The notes under the pieces were generated by a model. That model was given only the letters and a program-made list of their open reading frames with translations. It was not told where the DNA came from and ran no database searches. 64,000 nt of DNA from Minisyncoccia bacterium (GTDB taxonomy: Bacteria > Patescibacteriota > Minisyncoccia > Phycocordibacterales > PALSA-1337): the NCBI GenBank assembly GCA_044228445.1, contig JBGAUV010000002.1, positions 140,600-204,599 on the forward strand, written 5' to 3'. Positions 59,585-64,000 of this stretch are shown here, piece after piece (position 1 is the first letter of the stretch; every line of letters begins with the position of its first letter). The translations under genes and the position numbers were made by a program.

Positions 59585-60841
59585 TTATATAGGTAGATTT
59601 GATGGTGCTTCCCCTTTCTTTGAAGGAACTCTGTCTAGTGTTGGAGTACCTGCAACCTGTCCTGGGAAATGATATACCGTTGCCAATTCCTCACTATTTA
59701 AAATTACAAACTTACTTGTCCAAGGTGCATGAAAGAAACATCTTCTTTTATATGCATCAAGAACATTTGCTCCATGCTTATCTCTTTTTTTATTTGCTGG
59801 ATCTTCCCATGGAACTCCTTTCATCTTTGGGTGCCATTTTTCACCATTAGTCTTGAAACCATTTAAATGTTCAGAACCGAAATGTTTGAAGCCAGCATTT
59901 ATACCTCCAGAACCAAATGGTGGGTTAAATTTATCTTTTTTATCTATATATAAAGCACGTATACCAACTTCAAAAGGGGTTTTTGATATACTTCTTTCAA
60001 GTGCATATACAATCTCTTTTTCTCCCTCAGTAATACTTAATGTTTGTCCTTTACCATCCTTATCCTTTCCTGCAATTTTTGTTTTTGAGTCTCTGATTAA
60101 AATATCATTAATTTCTTTTTTTGCTTCATCTTTCCAAGCATCTGTTTCACCAAATAAAGTTCCTGGTTTATGATCATCACCCTTATGTCCTCTTACGACA
60201 AACTGTATCCATATTTGTTGTTCTGGACCGAGACTTCCTAAAAATTCAATAAATGGAACAAGTGGGTCAACTTTATATTCTTCTTTTGGATCTTTATCAA
60301 GACCATAGTCAACATAGGTTTTTATTGGATAAGCATTCTTTTTTGTAAAAATAAACTCTCCTCCCCAAATTCTCCAAACTTTTGGATCAAATACGAAGGG
60401 TTTGGTATAGTCTTCTGCTTCTGTAATTTCTATTCCAGGAAATTGAGAATATAGCGCAGACATTAGATTGGATTTTCTCCTGTCTTCTGTTCTTATAAAA
60501 AATTTTACTCTTCCACCTAGCGATACTAATTCAAGAGAGTATTCAGGTCTCAATTCACCCTTCCACCATCTGCTAAATTTATTTCCATCTGAAGCATTGT
60601 ATATAGAATTTAAAAATACCTCCATTGCTAATGGTGATTTGAATATATCTTTTGGTAGTCTTATTTCAAGTAATGTGTATTTCAGATTTAAAATAAAGCT
60701 TGATTGAATATAGTCTAACCAAAGTGGCCAGAATACAATCCAAAGTATATAAGTAAGAACTAATGGAGACAGATAAATTATTATACTTATAACAGTTGGA
60801 AATATTTCTACTAAAAATGAATTATATAGAGATTCGAACAT
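59585..60841 (-). CDS. hypothetical membrane-anchored protein (418 aa)
   Basis: Two N-terminal TM helices, Lys-rich soluble domain. No motif. Confidence 0.45.
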   Translation of the reverse strand: MFESLYNSFLVEIFPTVISIIIYLSPLVLTYILWIVFWPLWLDYIQSSFILNLKYTLLEIRLPKDIFKSPLAMEVFLNSIYNASDGNKFSRWWKGELRPEYSLELVSLGGRVKFFIRTEDRRKSNLMSALYSQFPGIEITEAEDYTKPFVFDPKVWRIWGGEFIFTKKNAYPIKTYVDYGLDKDPKEEYKVDPLVPFIEFLGSLGPEQQIWIQFVVRGHKGDDHKPGTLFGETDAWKDEAKKEINDILIRDSKTKIAGKDKDGKGQTLSITEGEKEIVYALERSISKTPFEVGIRALYIDKKDKFNPPFGSGGINAGFKHFGSEHLNGFKTNGEKWHPKMKGVPWEDPANKKRDKHGANVLDAYKRRCFFHAPWTSKFVILNSEELATVYHFPGQVAGTPTLDRVPSKKGEAPSNLPI

Positions 60842-60885
60842 ATATAGGTAAATTTATTACCCATATATTGTAACATCAAAGTATA

Positions 60886-61917
60886 TTAACCAACAATAGA
60901 ATACTTACCGTCTTTATCTTTTTTAAAATGCTTTTGGTTTTGGAGATTAACCATAATTGTATTGTCCTTTACATATCTTTCCTTCAGAACTTTCGCAATT
61001 ATTTCTTCTTTTGTAAGAGGACCATTCTTTTCTATAATTTTCTTTATAACATCTCTAACAACACCTGACATATAGCCCCATTCCTTAAGAGCATAAAGTC
61101 CTCTACCTACTAGTACAAAACGAGGATCTTTTATAAGTTCATTATGAGTTGTAGCAACATGAGCTTTCTTTTTGAAAACTTGAGTAATTTGTTTTGCAAC
61201 TTCACGGAAATGTATTGGAGAACCATGTTTCCTTATAACTAGGAAAGCATAATCTCTCATACCTTTTGTTTTTACATTTGGAGAATGAGAAACACCCCAT
61301 TCACCTATTGCATTTTTGCCAATAGCCTTTGATATTGAAAGCCATCTCTTCATTACTTCTTGATTTTTATATTTTTCTGAGACCTCACCTAGATGAGATA
61401 TGAACTTTGATATCATTTCTGATTCTGGTAATAGATCTTCATTTGTTAGGCTTGAGTATAGCTTCTTTAGAGATTCTTCAACTTGTCTTGCTACAGCTTC
61501 ATTTACATGTAAACGATGTTTGAAATGTTCATCTTCTTTTCTTTTCTTAAATGAATCACCAATAACCAAGATAAAGTTTACACTATTTTGTAGTGATGTA
61601 TCTTTTGAAACTGAACCAAGGAAATCTTCCTCAACAACAATTCCTCCTAGTGTATGTATTAAACCTTCAAGCTCATCAGATATAGCTTTTTCTGCTTTAT
61701 AAGCATCTGACTTTCTTATATTTTGTATAGCATAGTTTTCGATCTGACGAACACGTTCACGTGTAATACCATATATTTTACCAATAGCATCTAGAGTCAT
61801 CTTTGTAGTGCTAGTTCCTAGTCCATAACGCTTTATAATTACGTCTTTAGCTCTCTCAGGGAGAACTGATAGTAAACGCTTAACAGATTGCTTTGGTTTA
61901 AATGTTATATTTGCCAT
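60886..61917 (-). CDS. sigma-70 region-4 HTH protein with C-terminal HARE-HTH-like domain
   Basis: N-terminus LDAIGKIYGITRERVRQIE is 18/19 identical to rpoD region 4. C-terminal SPIHFREVAKQI...IKDPRFVLVGRGLYALKEW fits the HARE-HTH pattern of the RNA polymerase delta N-terminal domain. Confidence 0.5.
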   Translation of the reverse strand: MANITFKPKQSVKRLLSVLPERAKDVIIKRYGLGTSTTKMTLDAIGKIYGITRERVRQIENYAIQNIRKSDAYKAEKAISDELEGLIHTLGGIVVEEDFLGSVSKDTSLQNSVNFILVIGDSFKKRKEDEHFKHRLHVNEAVARQVEESLKKLYSSLTNEDLLPESEMISKFISHLGEVSEKYKNQEVMKRWLSISKAIGKNAIGEWGVSHSPNVKTKGMRDYAFLVIRKHGSPIHFREVAKQITQVFKKKAHVATTHNELIKDPRFVLVGRGLYALKEWGYMSGVVRDVIKKIIEKNGPLTKEEIIAKVLKERYVKDNTIMVNLQNQKHFKKDKDGKYSIVG

Positions 61918-62003
61918 ACTTTTAATTTGTTTGTTGATTAATTTATATCATTAGCTTGTAAATAAGTCAAACTTAACGAAAATGTATGAATTTTTACATT
62001 AAA

Positions 62004-64000
62004 TTAAACAACAATATTAATTAATCTATCTTTAACGATAATTACCTTTTTAATTTTATTTTGTTCAATGATTTTCTTTATTTCAGGCATATTTAAAGCC
62101 GTATTTTGAATATAATTATCATCCATACCCTTTGAAGTTTCAAAACTAGCTTTTATTTTTCCATTAACTTGAACAACAATTGTAATTTTATTTGAACTAG
62201 TTTTTGAAATATCTGCATTTGGCCAAATCTGTGTATGAATTGAAGCTTTATTACCTATTATTGACCATAGTTCTTCTGTAACATGTGGAATAAATGGAGA
62301 TAAAATCAAAATTAAATTTTCAAAAGTCTTTTTTGAAATTGCTTTTTCTTTTTCCAAATCATTTACAGCGATCATAAGTGAACTTACTGCCGTATTAAAT
62401 GACATATTTTCAATATCGTCACTTACTTTTTTAATAACTTTATTTATCGTTATTTCCGTACTTTCTGTATCTTTATACCCTTTTGTATAATTTATTTTAT
62501 CTTGCAATTTCCACACTCTCTCTATAAATCTTCTAGGACCAGCTATATTATCTGTTTCCCATGATATAGCTTGATCAAAAGGACCCATAAACATTTCATA
62601 TAGACGTAGAGTATCGGCACCAACATTGTTTACAATATCGTCTGGGTTCACAACATTGCCTCTTGATTTTGACATTTTTTCTCCTCCTCCTGCTAATATA
62701 AGTCCATGTGATGTTCTCTTTTGATAAGGTTCTTTTGTAGATACAACTCCTATATCAAATAAAAACTTATGCCAAAAACGAGAATACAATAAGTGAAGAG
62801 TTGTATGTTCCATACCACCATTGTACCAATCAACTGGAGTCCAATATTTTAGCTTTTCTTTATCAGAAAGTGCCTTTTTATTTTTTGGATCAGTATATCT
62901 CAAATAATACCAACTAGAACCCGCCCAGTTAGGCATTGTATCTGTTTCTCTTTTTGCTTTACTTTTACACTTTGGACATTTAACATTTACCCATTTTGTA
63001 ATAGCTGCAAGTGGTGATTCACCATTTTCTGTAGGTAAATAATTTTTAACTTTTGGAAGTTTTATTGGTAAATCCTTTTCTGGAACTGGTACTATTCCAC
63101 ATTTATTACAATGAATTACAGGAATAGGTTCACCCCAATATCTTTGTCTTGAGAATACCCAGTCTCTAAGTTTGAATTTATTTACCCAATTTCCTTTTAC
63201 ATATTTTGTAATATCTTTCTTAATATCCTCTGACTTTTTACCGTTAAAATCTTTTGAATTTATAAGGATACCGTTTCCTGTATATGCTTGAGATTTATTT
63301 GTAAATCTATGTAACCATATACTCATTTCAGCATGAGTCATTTTTTCTTCATTTACATCTTTTTCATTCATCCAAATAGTTTCGTGTGCATCACTTTCTT
63401 CAACTGAAACATCGTCTTTATCCTCATTTTCTAGAGTAAATAGAACAGCGGTTGTTAAAGATATTCTATTTTCACCTTTATGTGCAGCATAATATTCTGC
63501 CATAACTTGTCCTCCTAATATTCTGGGATCTTTTAAATTTTTATATCCTGTTTCCTCATAAACTTCTCTTTTTGCTGCAGTAATAACATCTTCTTTATCT
63601 TCAACACCTCCCATTGGAAAAGTTGTCCATGGATGTTTCTTCCATTTCAAACCAAGTATTCTGCCATTTTTAGGATTATAAACTATTGCATGAACATTTC
63701 TTCTTGTTACTGTTTTCTTTCCCTGAATAGGAGGATTTCTTTTATCTACTACATGTGGAATAACTACTTCTTTTATAGGTAGACCGTATTTATTTGCAAA
63801 TACATAATCTCTATCATCATGCGCTGGCACCGCCATAACAGCTCCAGTACCATAATCTCCAAGTACATAATCACTGATCCAAACTGGTATAGTTTCTCCA
63901 TTAGCTGGGTTTATTGCACTAATTCCTTTTATGCATACCCCTGTCTTTTCTTTATCAGCATTTGTTCTTTCTATTTCGTCTTTTGCTTTTGCTTGTGATA
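62004..64000 (-). CDS. leuS: leucyl-tRNA synthetase, 3' portion (gene continues beyond window) with inserted Nudix domain
   Basis: MAVPAHDDRDYVFANKYGLPI, RDWVFSRQRYWGEPIP, EKMSKSRGNV (KMSKS). My in-frame translation upstream of the track ATG (63836) reaches the window edge with no stop: ...AINPANGETIPVWISDYVLGDYGTGAVMAVPAHD. Insertion contains GGVEDKEDVITAAKREVYEETGY. Confidence 0.9.
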   Translation of the reverse strand, partial: SQAKAKDEIERTNADKEKTGVCIKGISAINPANGETIPVWISDYVLGDYGTGAVMAVPAHDDRDYVFANKYGLPIKEVVIPHVVDKRNPPIQGKKTVTRRNVHAIVYNPKNGRILGLKWKKHPWTTFPMGGVEDKEDVITAAKREVYEETGYKNLKDPRILGGQVMAEYYAAHKGENRISLTTAVLFTLENEDKDDVSVEESDAHETIWMNEKDVNEEKMTHAEMSIWLHRFTNKSQAYTGNGILINSKDFNGKKSEDIKKDITKYVKGNWVNKFKLRDWVFSRQRYWGEPIPVIHCNKCGIVPVPEKDLPIKLPKVKNYLPTENGESPLAAITKWVNVKCPKCKSKAKRETDTMPNWAGSSWYYLRYTDPKNKKALSDKEKLKYWTPVDWYNGGMEHTTLHLLYSRFWHKFLFDIGVVSTKEPYQKRTSHGLILAGGGEKMSKSRGNVVNPDDIVNNVGADTLRLYEMFMGPFDQAISWETDNIAGPRRFIERVWKLQDKINYTKGYKDTESTEITINKVIKKVSDDIENMSFNTAVSSLMIAVNDLEKEKAISKKTFENLILILSPFIPHVTEELWSIIGNKASIHTQIWPNADISKTSSNKITIVVQVNGKIKASFETSKGMDDNYIQNTALNMPEIKKIIEQNKIKKVIIVKDRLINIVV

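Noticed and set aside
1-64000. CRISPR arrays, rRNA or tRNA genes, transposase or integrase genes
   Set aside because: Reading all intergenic regions, I found no regularly spaced direct repeats, no tRNA cloverleaf signatures and no recombinase motifs. The GC-rich islets therefore lack an identifiable mobility gene in this window.

Overview
This is a 64-kb, AT-rich bacterial chromosomal fragment. Its gene content resembles a reduced, CPR/Patescibacteria-like genome: compact aminoacyl-tRNA synthetases (ValRS 733 aa, AlaRS 598 aa), many small membrane-anchored ORFans, and a giant repeat-rich surface protein. This taxonomic placement is my inference from content, not a database result.

The core content is housekeeping, and from ~34.3 kb to the window end almost every gene is on the minus strand. 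That block includes murG-ftsW-scpB-scpA, dnaJ/dnaK/grpE, the rpsI-rplM and infA-rpmJ-rpsM-rpsK-rpsD-rpoA-rplQ ribosomal operons, alaS, mnmA, mltG and a partial leuS. On the plus strand are rpoD, valS, plsC, an orphan 7TM sensor histidine kinase, rmuC, rplU, ctpA and rplI; on the minus strand are recR, dnaB, cysS and rpmA.

I found no rRNA, tRNA or CRISPR array.

The most unusual content:
- A GC-rich island (~1-4.1 kb, roughly 50% G+C against a much lower background) encodes a naturally circularly-permuted ThyX-like protein translationally coupled to an AdoHcy-hydrolase-like NAD protein. A non-canonical radical-SAM-like gene diverges from this pair.
- Next to it is an accessory module: an ANT-like nucleotidyltransferase, two tandem paralogous mini-ORFs, a clan-CD-like HG...C protein and an ORFan.
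- A candidate ~215-nt sRNA lies between dnaJ and dnaK, with a near-consensus sigma70 promoter and an intrinsic terminator.
- The partial LeuRS carries a perfect Nudix box inserted after the MAVPAHD motif.
- One protein fuses a sigma-70 region-4 HTH with a HARE-HTH-like C-terminus.
- One protein fuses an ATP-cone with a restriction-endonuclease-like domain.
- An oligoendopeptidase F gene is split into two ORFs.
- Several GC-rich ORFan islets are embedded in the AT-rich backbone.
- The ORF track missed rpmJ, which I recovered by hand, and it uses TTG/GTG starts that over-extend dnaJ, grpE and the nucleotidyltransferase.
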